Assembly (NCBI GenBank): GCA_003222205.1
Contig: QHVC01000043.1
Coordinates: 1,944-65,943 of the forward strand
Reading direction: 5' to 3'
DNA from: Gemmatimonadota bacterium
Lineage (GTDB): Bacteria; Gemmatimonadota; Gemmatimonadetes; Gemmatimonadales; GWC2-71-9
Length of the DNA: 64,000 nt
Numbering within the stretch: position 1 is the stretch's first letter; each line of letters starts with the position of its first letter. The notes under the pieces were generated by a model. The model made no database searches, was not told the origin of the DNA, and saw only the letters and a program-made list of their open reading frames with translations. Shown here one piece after another: positions 1-8,335 of the stretch. The translations under genes were made by a program, and so were the position numbers.

Positions 1-301
1 CGTGGTGCGCGGTCCCGTTGTCGCCGTTGTCGTCGTCGTCGCCTTCGCGCTCGGCCGGGTCTTCGTCTTCGTCCGAGGCGATCAGGTCCGAGGCGTGGAG
101 GAAGGCGCTCTTTTCCGCCCCGATATCGACGAACGCCGCCTGGATGCCCGGCAAGACGGCTTCGACCTTGCCGAGGTAGATGTCGCCCACGGAGCGGCGG
201 GCGTCGGGGCGGTCGACCAGCAACTCAACAAGGCGGTCGTCCTCCAGAATCGCCACGCGCGTCTCCCGCGGGCTGCCGCTGATGAGAATCTCGCGCTTCA
301 A
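1..301 (-). CDS. rng: Ribonuclease E/G family protein, N-terminal fragment (continues beyond window start)
   Basis: Reverse strand from 301 reads (M)KREILISGSPRETRVAILEDDRLVELLVDRPDARRSVGDIYLGKVEAVLPGIQAAFVDIGAEKSAFLHASD, the canonical S1-domain N-terminus of RNase E/G. TTG at 301 lies 6 nt after a GAGGTGA Shine-Dalgarno; GTG at 310 is an alternative start. Confidence 0.8.
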   Translation of the reverse strand, partial: MKREILISGSPRETRVAILEDDRLVELLVDRPDARRSVGDIYLGKVEAVLPGIQAAFVDIGAEKSAFLHASDLIASDEDEDPAEREGDDDDNGDNGTAHH

Positions 302-480
302 AGCAATCACCTCTGGCCCCGGTCGGCCAACAGCCGCGCGGGGCGCCTAGTACGGTCCAGCAGAAACTGGTTCCGGTGTGGACAACGGATGAGTGACGGG
401 GGACCCGCTGGCCCGGCAGAGCCGCCGAGAGACCGGCACGGATGACGGGCAGGGCCATAGTCCGCATCATAACATCGATA

Positions 481-509
481 AATCTAGGAGCACTTGGGAG
501 TTACGTCAA
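481..509 (-). promoter_or_regulatory. Putative sigma70-type promoter for the RNase E/G gene (TTGACG-N17-TAGATT)
   Basis: The minus strand reads TTGACG (504-509), a 17-nt spacer, then TAGATT (481-486). It sits in the only AT-richer patch of the 311-579 intergenic region and implies a ~170-nt 5' leader. Confidence 0.35.
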
Positions 510-579
510 TGCACCGCGCCCCATAGCTTGAAGCACGTCCCTGCGATTCACCGCTCACCTCAGTCACCAGGGTATCGCG

Positions 580-1971
580 ATGGCGGAACTCGCGACCGAT
601 CTCACCCCAGAGCTCCTCTACCTCCTGGCCGGCGACCCTCTCGAGTTCGCCGAAGCCATCGCCGGGCTGCGCAGCGTCGATCTGGCCGAGCTGCTGCGCG
701 ACGTCCGGCCCGAGGCCGCGGCCGTCGTGCTGTGCGCGCTGCCGTTCGACGTCGCGCTCGCGGTGTTCAACGAGCCCGAGCTCGAAAACCGCCACGCGAT
801 TCTCAGCCACATCGACGACGCCACGGCGGCGGCGCTCATCGACGCGATGTCCCCGGACCAGCAGGCGGATCTGTTCCGCACGCTCTCGGAAGCGGACCGC
901 GCCCGCTACCTGAAACAGCTCGACCAGCCGACCCGGGAGCGCCTGAAACTGCTGCTGCGCTATCCGGCTGAAACCGCCGGGGGCCTCATGACGACCGAGT
1001 TCGTCACCGTTCCGGCCAATTGGACGGTCGAGCAGGCCCTGCACCACATCCACAACGTCGGCGAGGCGAAGGAGACCGTGTACGCCGTGTACGTGCACGA
1101 TCCCCAGGATCGGCGCCTGGTACACGTCGAGTCGTTGCGTGAGCTGGTCGTCGCGGACAAGCAGATGCGCGTCGCCGACGTCGGTGAGCCGCGGCCCCCC
1201 ATCACCGTCGGGCCGCTGACCGATCGGGAGGAGGTGGCGCGGATCATCGCCAAGTACGACCTGCTCGCCGTGCCGGTGGTCAACGCTTCCGGCCAGGTCA
1301 TGGGGATCGTCACGGTGGACGACGTCATCGACGCGCTCACCAGCGAGCTGACCGAAGACGTCCAGAAGTTCGGTGGTATGGAGGCGCTCGACGCGCCGTA
1401 CACGGAGATCGGCCTCGGCACGATGATCAGGAAGCGCGCCGGCTGGTTGTGCGCGCTGTTCATCTCGGAGATGTTCACCGCCAGCGCGATGAGTCACTTC
1501 GAGCATGAGATCGCGCAGGCGGTCGTGCTCGCGCTGTTCATCCCGCTGATCATCAGCTCGGGGGGCAACTCCGGCTCTCAGGCCACCTCCCTCATCATCC
1601 GCGCGATGGCCCTGCGCGAGGTCACGCTGCGCGACTGGTGGCGGGTGGCGCTGCGCGAGCTGCCGTCGGGCCTCGCCCTCGGCGCTATCCTCGGGCTGAT
1701 CGGCGTGGTGCGCATTCTCTCCTGGCAGGCGCTCGGCTGGTACGACTACGGCGTCCACCACGTCCGCGTCGCCGCCACCGTGGGGACTGCCCTCGTCGGC
1801 GTCGTCACCTTCGGCTCGCTCACCGGCTCGATGCTGCCGTTCCTGCTGCGCCGCCTGGGCTTCGACCCCGCCAGCGCGTCGGCCCCGTTCGTCGCCACGC
1901 TGGTCGACGTCACCGGCATCGTCATTTACTTCACGATCGCCGCGCTGATGCTGCGAGGCACGCTGCTCTGA
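580..1971 (+). CDS. mgtE: Magnesium transporter MgtE
   Basis: 463-aa ORF with an MgtE N-domain, a tandem CBS pair (..LLAVPVVNASGQVMGIVTVDDVIDAL..) and a C-terminal 5-TM domain carrying the IISSGGNSGSQATS motif. Confidence 0.93.
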   Translation: MAELATDLTPELLYLLAGDPLEFAEAIAGLRSVDLAELLRDVRPEAAAVVLCALPFDVALAVFNEPELENRHAILSHIDDATAAALIDAMSPDQQADLFRTLSEADRARYLKQLDQPTRERLKLLLRYPAETAGGLMTTEFVTVPANWTVEQALHHIHNVGEAKETVYAVYVHDPQDRRLVHVESLRELVVADKQMRVADVGEPRPPITVGPLTDREEVARIIAKYDLLAVPVVNASGQVMGIVTVDDVIDALTSELTEDVQKFGGMEALDAPYTEIGLGTMIRKRAGWLCALFISEMFTASAMSHFEHEIAQAVVLALFIPLIISSGGNSGSQATSLIIRAMALREVTLRDWWRVALRELPSGLALGAILGLIGVVRILSWQALGWYDYGVHHVRVAATVGTALVGVVTFGSLTGSMLPFLLRRLGFDPASASAPFVATLVDVTGIVIYFTIAALMLRGTLL

Positions 1972-2051
1972 AGATCGGCCGATAACACCAAGCGCGCTTG
2001 AGAGTTACCAGGCGCGCGCGTATTGTTGTGCCGACCCCAGAGAGGCCGCTC

Positions 2052-2795
2052 ATGCCCAAGTTCAACTGCTCGCTGTGCGGGACGCCGGTCGACGGTCGCA
2101 AGCTCATCTCCCCGCAGAAGCTGGAAAACCAGATTCTCGACATCATCAAACGCGACCGCCCGGAGTGGGATGCGAAGCGCGGCATCTGCCCTCACTGCCA
2201 CGAGCAGTTCCGGGCGAAGAAGTTTCTGGGGTATCTCGAGAAGGAGTACGAGAAGATCTCGGAGATGGAGAAATCGCTGGTCACGCAGATCGCGCGGCGC
2301 GGGCGTGTCAGCCGCATGGTCCAGCAGGAATACGAGGCGGCCATGACGCTGGGCGAGCGCGTCGCCGACCGCGTGGCGAAGTTCGGCGGCAGCTGGACAT
2401 TCATCGGGATCTTCGGGGGGATCCTGCTCATCTGGATGGCGCTCAACAGCTGGGTGCTGCTGCGCCGGCCGTTCGATCCCTATCCGTTCATCCTCTTGAA
2501 CCTCGCGCTCTCGGCGCTGGCCGCGCTGCAGGCGCCGGTGATCATGATGAGCCAGAACCGCCAGGCCGAGAAGGACCGGTTGCAGGCGACGCAGGACTAC
2601 CAGATCAACCTGATGGCGGAGGTGGAAATCCGCGACCTGCACGACAAGATGGACGGGCTGCGCTACAAGCAGTGGCACGAGCTGTGGCACATGCAGCAGC
2701 GCCAGCTGGAATTGCTCGAGCACCTGCACAAGGAGCTCGCCCACCCTGAGGAGAAGACCCTCGAGCCAGCGCCCTACAAGCCGCCGGAGCTGTGA
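2052..2795 (+). CDS. DUF1003 family membrane protein with N-terminal Cys4 zinc-ribbon-like segment
   Basis: ATG at 2052 follows AGAGG. Sequence shows CSLCG...CPHC, then two TM helices and the LQAPVIMMSQNRQAEKDRL signature typical of DUF1003. The start was chosen inside the 1998..2795 ORF. Confidence 0.7.
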   Translation: MPKFNCSLCGTPVDGRKLISPQKLENQILDIIKRDRPEWDAKRGICPHCHEQFRAKKFLGYLEKEYEKISEMEKSLVTQIARRGRVSRMVQQEYEAAMTLGERVADRVAKFGGSWTFIGIFGGILLIWMALNSWVLLRRPFDPYPFILLNLALSALAALQAPVIMMSQNRQAEKDRLQATQDYQINLMAEVEIRDLHDKMDGLRYKQWHELWHMQQRQLELLEHLHKELAHPEEKTLEPAPYKPPEL

Positions 2796-2800
2796 CACCG

Positions 2801-2840
2801 GACGGAGAAGGATGGAGGAGGACGGAGGACGACGGAGAAG
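2801..2840. repeat. Tandem array, 4 x 10 bp (GACGGAGAAG / GATGGAGGAG / GACGGAGGAC / GACGGAGAAG)
   Basis: Read directly from the sequence; it starts 6 nt after the DUF1003 stop codon. It is the inverted partner of the array at 3301-3331. Confidence 0.9.
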
Positions 2841-2916
2841 GGGCCTCGTGCGAGAATCCGCTACAGTGTGCGGTTGTTTGGTTTGTGTACCAGGAATCCG
2901 CCGCCATCTTGTTGCT

Positions 2917-3288
2917 GTGGATCACTACGAACGCCTCGTTGCGTGGCGGGAGTGTCACGTGCTCGCCAAGATGGTGTATGCGGCCACGCGAGCATTTCCG
3001 AAAGACGAGCGATTTGGACTGACTTCGCAAGCACGGCGAGCCGCGTTCTCCGCACCCGCTAACATCGTGGAAGGCTCGGCCAAACGTGGGGCTCTGGAGT
3101 TTCGGCGTTTCCTAGATATCGCCTTGGGCTCGCTCTCGGAAGTCGGTTACATCCTACGATTCTCTTGGGAGATAGGCCTTCTGGAAGACCAGATGTATGG
3201 CGATCTTCGAAACGCTCACGGCAGGGCTCGGGCTATGACCTGGAAGCTTTACGTCGCTGTAGGAAAGCGGTCGACACCCCGCGGTTAG
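2917..3288 (+). CDS. Four-helix-bundle protein (23S rRNA intervening-sequence protein / Avd-like family)
   Basis: GTG at 2917 gives (M)DHYERLVAWRECHVLAKMVYAATRAFPKDERFGLTSQARRAAFSAPANIVEGSAKRGALEFRRFLDIALGSLSEVGYIL... This carries the family signature (F..E.fgLtsQlrRAa.Si..NIaEG....s..ef..Fl.iA.GSl.E). GC is visibly lower than in the flanking genes. Confidence 0.8.
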   Translation: MDHYERLVAWRECHVLAKMVYAATRAFPKDERFGLTSQARRAAFSAPANIVEGSAKRGALEFRRFLDIALGSLSEVGYILRFSWEIGLLEDQMYGDLRNAHGRARAMTWKLYVAVGKRSTPRG

Positions 3289-3300
3289 GACGCCTCACGG

Positions 3301-3331
3301 CATTCTCCGCCCTTCTCCTTCCTTCTCCGTC
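3301..3331. repeat. Tandem array, 3 x 10 bp, inverted copy of the 2801-2840 unit (reverse complement GACGGAGAAG GAAGGAGAAG GGCGGAGAAT)
   Basis: Read directly. 3320-3331 (TCCTTCTCCGTC) is the exact reverse complement of 2801-2812. The array abuts and overlaps the stop codon of the convergent acyl-CoA dehydrogenase gene. Confidence 0.9.
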
Positions 3332-4550
3332 AGTCTATGAGATCCCCGAGCAGCTGCCGCGCGATCACGATGCGTTGGATCTCGCTCGTGCCTTCCCCGA
3401 TCTCGCAGATCTTGGCGTCGCGCATCATGCGCTCGACCGGGTACTCCGTGGTGTAGCCGTAGCCGCCGTGCAGCTGCACGGCTTTGATCGTCGCGCGCAT
3501 CGCCAGCTCGGAGGCGTAGAGCTTCGCCATCGCGGCCTCCCGCTTGAACGGGTGACCGTGCTGTTTGAGCCACGCGGCGTGGTAGACGAGATGCTTCGCG
3601 GCCTCGATCTCCGTCGCCATGTCGGCGAGGGCGAAGTGCACGCCCTGGTAGGTGGCGATCACCCGACCGAACTGCTTGCGTTGACTGGTGTAGGCGAGAC
3701 ACTCCTCCAGCGCCCCCTCGGCGATTCCCAGGGCCAGCGCCCCGATGCCGATGCGCCCGCCGTCCAAAGTGTGCAACATCTGCGGGAATCCGCTCCCCAC
3801 GGTGCCGAGCACGTTTTCCTTGGGGACCATCGCGTCCGCGAAGATCAGCTCCCGCGTGTCGGAGGCCCGCCAGCCGAGTTTGTCTTCTTTTTTTCCCGCG
3901 TGAATGCCGCCCATCTTTGCGAGCTCGGGCGCGTGCCCGACCCCGACGCGTGCCGCCTCGTTGAGATCGGTGGTGTCCTTGGTCACGATGAAGGCGGTGA
4001 TGCCGTGGGTCTTCTGAGCTTTGGGATCGGTCCGCGCCGTGACGACAAAGACCTCCCCCACGCCGGCGTGAGTAATGAAGATCTTCGAGCCGTTGAGGAC
4101 GTAGTGATCGCCCTTGTCAACGGCCGCCGTCTTGGTGCCGCCCGCGTCCGATCCGGCGCCGGGCTCGGTGAGCCCAAAGCCGGCCAGCACCCGGCCCTGC
4201 GCGAGCAGGGGGATGTAACGGTGCTTCTGGTCGTCGGTCCCGAAGTCCACGATGGGCGAGGTGCCGAGGGTCGTATGCGCGCTGACCGTGATGGCATGGC
4301 TCGCGTCCACCTTCGCCAGCTCGTGGATCACCGTGATGTAGGAGAGGTAATCCATCCCCGCGCCCCCGAGCCCCTCGGGCCACGGGATGCCGAACAGGCC
4401 CAGTTCGGCCATGCGTTTCACGTTGTCCCAGGGGAAGCGGCTGTCGAGATCGTAGGCCCGCGCGCTGGGTTTCACCACGGTTTGCGCGAAATCGCGCACC
4501 ATGTCCCGCACCTGCAGGTGGTGATCGGAGAAGTACAGCGCGTCGTGCAT
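3330..4550 (-). CDS. Acyl-CoA dehydrogenase
   Basis: 406-aa ORF with ..[15 protein letters not shown].., ..[12 protein letters not shown].. and a C-terminal ..[35 protein letters not shown].. typical of short/medium-chain ACADs. Confidence 0.92.
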   Translation of the reverse strand: MHDALYFSDHHLQVRDMVRDFAQTVVKPSARAYDLDSRFPWDNVKRMAELGLFGIPWPEGLGGAGMDYLSYITVIHELAKVDASHAITVSAHTTLGTSPIVDFGTDDQKHRYIPLLAQGRVLAGFGLTEPGAGSDAGGTKTAAVDKGDHYVLNGSKIFITHAGVGEVFVVTARTDPKAQKTHGITAFIVTKDTTDLNEAARVGVGHAPELAKMGGIHAGKKEDKLGWRASDTRELIFADAMVPKENVLGTVGSGFPQMLHTLDGGRIGIGALALGIAEGALEECLAYTSQRKQFGRVIATYQGVHFALADMATEIEAAKHLVYHAAWLKQHGHPFKREAAMAKLYASELAMRATIKAVQLHGGYGYTTEYPVERMMRDAKICEIGEGTSEIQRIVIARQLLGDLID

Positions 4551-4712
4551 GCCGCAATATAGGCGGGAGTGGCGCGGCGGGTGCCGTCCCGTGCAAGTTA
4601 CGCCCTGTCAGAGTGTCAGCTACAGCGATTCGGTGACCTGTCTCACGCCGCCTCGGGCGGGGGTCCCCTATATCACAGGCCGTCTCCATCCCGGCTGAAG
4701 AAAGGCACTCAC

Positions 4713-5942
4713 ATGCTCGCGTCTATCCCGCAAGCGATTCCGTCCACGTGGCAGGAGGCACTGCGGTTCCTCTCGTCCCCCTTCACGTGGATCCTCGATT
4801 CGCAGAAGTTCCTGCTGGGCTTCGCCGTCACGGGGAACACGGGATGGGAAATCCTCTTGAAAGCGCTGTTCATCCTGCTCCCCACGGCGCTGCTCGTGGC
4901 CGCGCTGTGGTGCACGGTGCTCTCGGCGTACACGCTGCCGTTCCGATCGGGGCGCGGCGGCTTCCTCATCGCGATGGTGATGTCGTGGTGGGACGCGTTG
5001 CGGATGATGGTGTTCTATTGGGCGGGCCTGGTCCGGTTCGTGGTCGTGGTGCTCAGCTGGCTGTGGGGGCTGCTCAAGCTGGGCGGCTCACTCTTCATCC
5101 GGTTCATCAAGTTCATCTTCACCCGGCCTTTCGCGCTGCTCGATTGGGCCACCAAACAGTATTTCCAGCCAGGTGTCCCGTGGCTCGCCTTCATTTTTAT
5201 CCTATTCTGGTCCGCACTCGAAGCAACGATCTTCACGTTTACGCTGCGGCCCACCGTCAGCGAACTGTTCGCGGACATCATAGGTGGCGAGGTGTCAGGT
5301 CTGGTCGTGAGCCTGATCCTGTGGCCCTTCTTGTTCCTCATCATCTCCGGGAGCTTCGCTGCCATCCAGGTGCTTGGCGAGGCGATCAAGTCGCGGCAGA
5401 CATCTCGAATCGTCGGCATGGTGATCGCCGAAGCGGCCGTCATGTTCTTCGAAGTCGTGTTTCTGTACCGCGAACTGATCGATGCGATCACCCCCTGGAT
5501 CTCCTCACAAACCGGTGTTCAGCTGGGGTTCTTCTGGACCCTGGCGCTGGCTTCCTTCGGGTGGGCAGGCGTTCGCGCCATGACCTGGTTCCTGTTCGGG
5601 CGCTTCGGGACTCCGGCGCTGCTGGGCATCCTGGCCCGTCAGAACATCGCGGGCGCCCAGGGCGCCTCCGCGGTGGCGCCCATCGAGCCCGACTTCTGGA
5701 AGGGGCCGATCGACGCGTTGAAGCGCGAGGCGACGTGGTTCAAACAGGAAGCGCGGGAGGTGTTCGGGCTGATCAGCCTCCCGGTGCTCCAGCTGCTGGC
5801 GGCGGGCGGCAATTTCGCCATCGTCGTCATCCGCGGCCATCCGATTTTCACGTTGCCGTTCCGCAACCTCGACGCCGTCGAGGCCGCGACGCCGCAGATG
5901 ACGCCCAGCGGGAAGCACGTGCTCCCGGGAGGCGCCCCATGA
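4713..5942 (+). CDS. Hypothetical polytopic membrane protein (family not recognised)
   Basis: ATG at 4713 follows GAAGAAAGG. The 409-aa product has about 8 hydrophobic helices rich in W/F. GC is lower than in neighbours. The stop overlaps the next start as ATGA. Confidence 0.6.
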   Translation: MLASIPQAIPSTWQEALRFLSSPFTWILDSQKFLLGFAVTGNTGWEILLKALFILLPTALLVAALWCTVLSAYTLPFRSGRGGFLIAMVMSWWDALRMMVFYWAGLVRFVVVVLSWLWGLLKLGGSLFIRFIKFIFTRPFALLDWATKQYFQPGVPWLAFIFILFWSALEATIFTFTLRPTVSELFADIIGGEVSGLVVSLILWPFLFLIISGSFAAIQVLGEAIKSRQTSRIVGMVIAEAAVMFFEVVFLYRELIDAITPWISSQTGVQLGFFWTLALASFGWAGVRAMTWFLFGRFGTPALLGILARQNIAGAQGASAVAPIEPDFWKGPIDALKREATWFKQEAREVFGLISLPVLQLLAAGGNFAIVVIRGHPIFTLPFRNLDAVEAATPQMTPSGKHVLPGGAP

Positions 5943-6730
5943 ACGCCCTGCGACTTCTCGCCAGCATGGCGCTGGTGGCCGCGACCGCGTGCGGGAGGCG
6001 GGGGGACGGGGGGGGGGCGGGGGGGGGCGACCAGGCCAAGAAGCCGCCGGCGTCAACCATGATCATCGGTATCGACGTGAGCGGCTCATTCCGGGACTCG
6101 CGCCTGTACGACGACGCCATTCAGTTCGCGTCGCTGTACATCTATGCCCACCTGAACGGGATCGGGGAGCTCAAGGTCCCGACGGCGCTGTTCGTCAGCT
6201 CGATTGGCGGCGCCCGCGTCGGCGAGCCCAAGGCGTTCCACCCCATCAACGACTTCCAGGGGCGCACGCCGGACCAGATCGCCGCTGATCTGCACTCCTG
6301 GTTCCCGCAAACGGACCTCTATACAGACTTCAACGCGTTCTTCGGGCGCGTGAGCAGCCTGGTGCGCGAGCGGGGACTGATCCTCGCCCCGTTGAACGTG
6401 GTGGTCTTGAGCGACGGCATGCCGGACGTGCCGCCGGGGACGCGCCTCGCCGCCAACCAGAACCCCTACACGCGCATCGACGTCTCGCCGCTCGAGTTCC
6501 TGTCGCGCAGCGTGACGGTACGCATCCTGTACGCCAGCCCCCAGGTGGGGGAGAACTGGAAGCGGCTGGTGCACCACAAACGCGTGCGGTTCTGGACCCA
6601 GGAGGCGCAGGTGATGGCCGGCTGGCACCAGCAGTACAAGCCGAATCTGCCGCTGGCGCAGCAGGCGGATCTGTGGAAATGGGTGCGCGACAACGTGGAC
6701 TTCCGGGCGCGAGCGGGCAACCTGTTCTAG
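5939..6730 (+). CDS. VWA-like lipoprotein
   Basis: Signal peptide with lipobox (LVAATAC), a Gly-rich linker, then a MIDAS-like IIGIDVSGSF and later VVVLSDGMPD, as expected for a von Willebrand A fold. The ATG overlaps the upstream stop (ATGA). Confidence 0.6.
   Translation: MNALRLLASMALVAATACGRRGDGGGAGGGDQAKKPPASTMIIGIDVSGSFRDSRLYDDAIQFASLYIYAHLNGIGELKVPTALFVSSIGGARVGEPKAFHPINDFQGRTPDQIAADLHSWFPQTDLYTDFNAFFGRVSSLVRERGLILAPLNVVVLSDGMPDVPPGTRLAANQNPYTRIDVSPLEFLSRSVTVRILYASPQVGENWKRLVHHKRVRFWTQEAQVMAGWHQQYKPNLPLAQQADLWKWVRDNVDFRARAGNLF
6000..6027 (+). repeat. Homopolymeric G tracts (G6, G10, G9) inside the lipoprotein linker
   Basis: The runs are 6000-6005 G6, 6008-6017 G10 and 6019-6027 G9, translated as RGDGGGAGGGD. 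Confidence 0.95.
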
Positions 6731-7887
6731 CCGCAGACGTCGCACCCGCTGCACCCGTCGAGGCGCTCCCCGAAGTACTCCAGCAGCATACGGCGCCGAC
6801 ACCGGCGCGCTTCCACGTAGCGCCGCATCGCCGCCACGTGCTCCCCGAAGCGGAAGTCCTCGGGCCGCCACAGCACCCAACACCCTGCGGGGCTGCCATC
6901 CCGTCCCGCCCGCCCGGCCTCCTGGTAGTAGCCCTCCAGCGTCCGCGCGGGGCCCCAGTGCAGCACCCGCCGCACGTCGGGCTTGTCGATCCCCATCCCG
7001 AACGCCGTCGTCGCCACGACGACGGCGACGCGATCGCCCAGGAACGCATCGAGCACGCGGCGCCGCACCCCAGCCGTGAGCCCCGCATGGTAGGGGGCCG
7101 CGCCGACGCTGCGCCGCAGCAGCGCACGGGTGATCAGCTCGACGAGCCGCCGGGTCGGCGCGTAGATCACGACCGCCCCGCCCGCCCCGCGGATCAGCTC
7201 CCGCAGCCGCGCGAACCGCGTGCGGTTGTCCTTCACGCGCTCGACGGCGAAGCGCAGATTGGGTCGATCGAATGAGGTGACGACGACGTCCGCCTGCGGA
7301 ATCCGCAGGACGTGGAGGATGTCCGCCCGGGTGTGCGGCGTGGCGCTGCCAGTGAGCGCGAGCGTGAGCGGGTCGCCCAACAGGTATCGCCACCGGCCCA
7401 GCTGGCGATACATCGGGCGGAATTCGTTCCCCCACTCGGTGATGCAGTGGGCTTCGTCCACCGCGAGCAACGCGGGACGGATTCCGGCGCTCCGCAGGGC
7501 ACCGACAAGCGAGCCCAAGCGCTCCGGAGCACAGTAGAGGAGACGCACCTGGCCGGCGAGCGTCGCCTCCAGCACGGCGCGTCGTGCCTCCCGGGGGAGG
7601 GCGCTGTTCAGGTACGCCGCCGCAACGCCACGCCGCCGCAGCGCGCCGACCTGATCCTGCATCAGGGAGATCAACGGCGACACGACCAGGGTCAGCGCGT
7701 TCCCCATGAGCGCGGGGACCTGATAGCACAACGACTTGCCGGCGCCCGTGGGGAGCACCGTCAGCACGTTGCGCCCGGCGAGCAGCGGCCCCAGGACGCG
7801 GAGCTGCGGCACGCGGAAACTGGGGTAGCCCCAGTGACGAGCCAACAGCTCCCGCGCCCGCGGGAGTCCTCCGGCAATTGATCCCAC
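6727..7887 (-). CDS. recQ: RecQ-family ATP-dependent DNA helicase, short form (helicase core plus Zn-binding region only)
   Basis: Motifs present: ..FRVPQL.., TGAGKSLCYQ, DEAHCITEWGNEFR, ATTAFGMGIDKPDVR, QEAGRAGRDG and a C-terminal Cys cluster (C..C..CSGCDVC). GTG at 7887 lies just downstream of the terminator hairpin; the longer ORF start at 8082 would overlap the neighbouring gene. Confidence 0.8.
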   Translation of the reverse strand: MGSIAGGLPRARELLARHWGYPSFRVPQLRVLGPLLAGRNVLTVLPTGAGKSLCYQVPALMGNALTLVVSPLISLMQDQVGALRRRGVAAAYLNSALPREARRAVLEATLAGQVRLLYCAPERLGSLVGALRSAGIRPALLAVDEAHCITEWGNEFRPMYRQLGRWRYLLGDPLTLALTGSATPHTRADILHVLRIPQADVVVTSFDRPNLRFAVERVKDNRTRFARLRELIRGAGGAVVIYAPTRRLVELITRALLRRSVGAAPYHAGLTAGVRRRVLDAFLGDRVAVVVATTAFGMGIDKPDVRRVLHWGPARTLEGYYQEAGRAGRDGSPAGCWVLWRPEDFRFGEHVAAMRRYVEARRCRRRMLLEYFGERLDGCSGCDVCG

Positions 7888-7898
7888 GACCGCATACG

Positions 7899-7934
7899 AA
7901 AACGGGTCCCGCGCTCCGGAGCGGGACCCGTTTT
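7899..7934. terminator. Bidirectional rho-independent terminator hairpin
   Basis: AAAACGGGTCCCGC (7899-7912) pairs with GCGGGACCCGTTTT (7921-7934): a 14-bp stem and 8-nt loop, with A/T tracts on both sides. It lies 27 nt after the GroES-like gene stop. Confidence 0.75.
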
Positions 7935-7960
7935 GCGCCGCGCGTGGCAAATCGCCGCGA

Positions 7961-8335
7961 TTATCCCGGGCCCGCCCCTTCGCGGACCAGCACCAGGATC
8001 GCCGCCTGGGGGACGACGAGGTAGCTCTTGTCCTCGAACGTGATCTCGACGGCGGCCTTGCGGAAGAACAACGCATAATCACCCACGTGCGCCTGCACTG
8101 GCAGGTATTTCACTTCGGCGCTGCGGATCTTCCACGGCTCGTCATCCAGCGCGGCCGGCTCGCCCATCGGCGTTCCGGGGCCGGTCGCGATGATGCGGCC
8201 GCCCTGCACCTGGCGGCCCTCGAGCGCCGTCGCGGGGAGGTAGAGTCCCACGGTGGTGCGCTCCTCACCTTCGGCGGGGGCGACGAGCACCCGGTCCCCG
8301 ACGACGATCAGGCGCTTCGTCGGCTCTTCAGGCAC
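7961..8335 (-). CDS. GroES/Cpn10-like family protein
   Basis: 124-aa ORF; ..KRLIVVGDRVLVAPAEGEERTTVGLYLP....QGGRIIATGPG.. matches the Cpn10 beta-barrel pattern. It is longer than canonical GroES. Confidence 0.6.
   Translation of the reverse strand: MPEEPTKRLIVVGDRVLVAPAEGEERTTVGLYLPATALEGRQVQGGRIIATGPGTPMGEPAALDDEPWKIRSAEVKYLPVQAHVGDYALFFRKAAVEITFEDKSYLVVPQAAILVLVREGAGPG

Noticed and set aside
311-579. Possible M-box (ykoK) Mg2+ riboswitch upstream of mgtE
   Set aside because: I could not find the conserved M-box core segments on the plus strand. The only GGTGAG-like match lies on the wrong strand. A covariance-model scan would be needed to settle this.
2917-3288. Diversity-generating retroelement, since the four-helix-bundle gene belongs to the family that includes DGR Avd
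   Set aside because: No reverse transcriptase gene and no template/variable repeat pair lie nearby. The neighbours are housekeeping genes.
4604-4625. E. coli-type LexA box (CTGT...ACAG) and TGTCAG-N2-TGTCAG direct repeat upstream of the membrane-protein gene
   Set aside because: The CTGT/ACAG halves are 13 nt apart rather than 8. The hexamer repeat is short enough to arise by chance, and nothing else supports it.
4748-6730. 660-aa ORF spanning both the membrane-protein gene and the lipoprotein gene
   Set aside because: Only the last 263 codons (from ATG 5939) encode a coherent protein with signal peptide and VWA motifs. The upstream part is an out-of-frame shadow of the 4713..5942 membrane protein.
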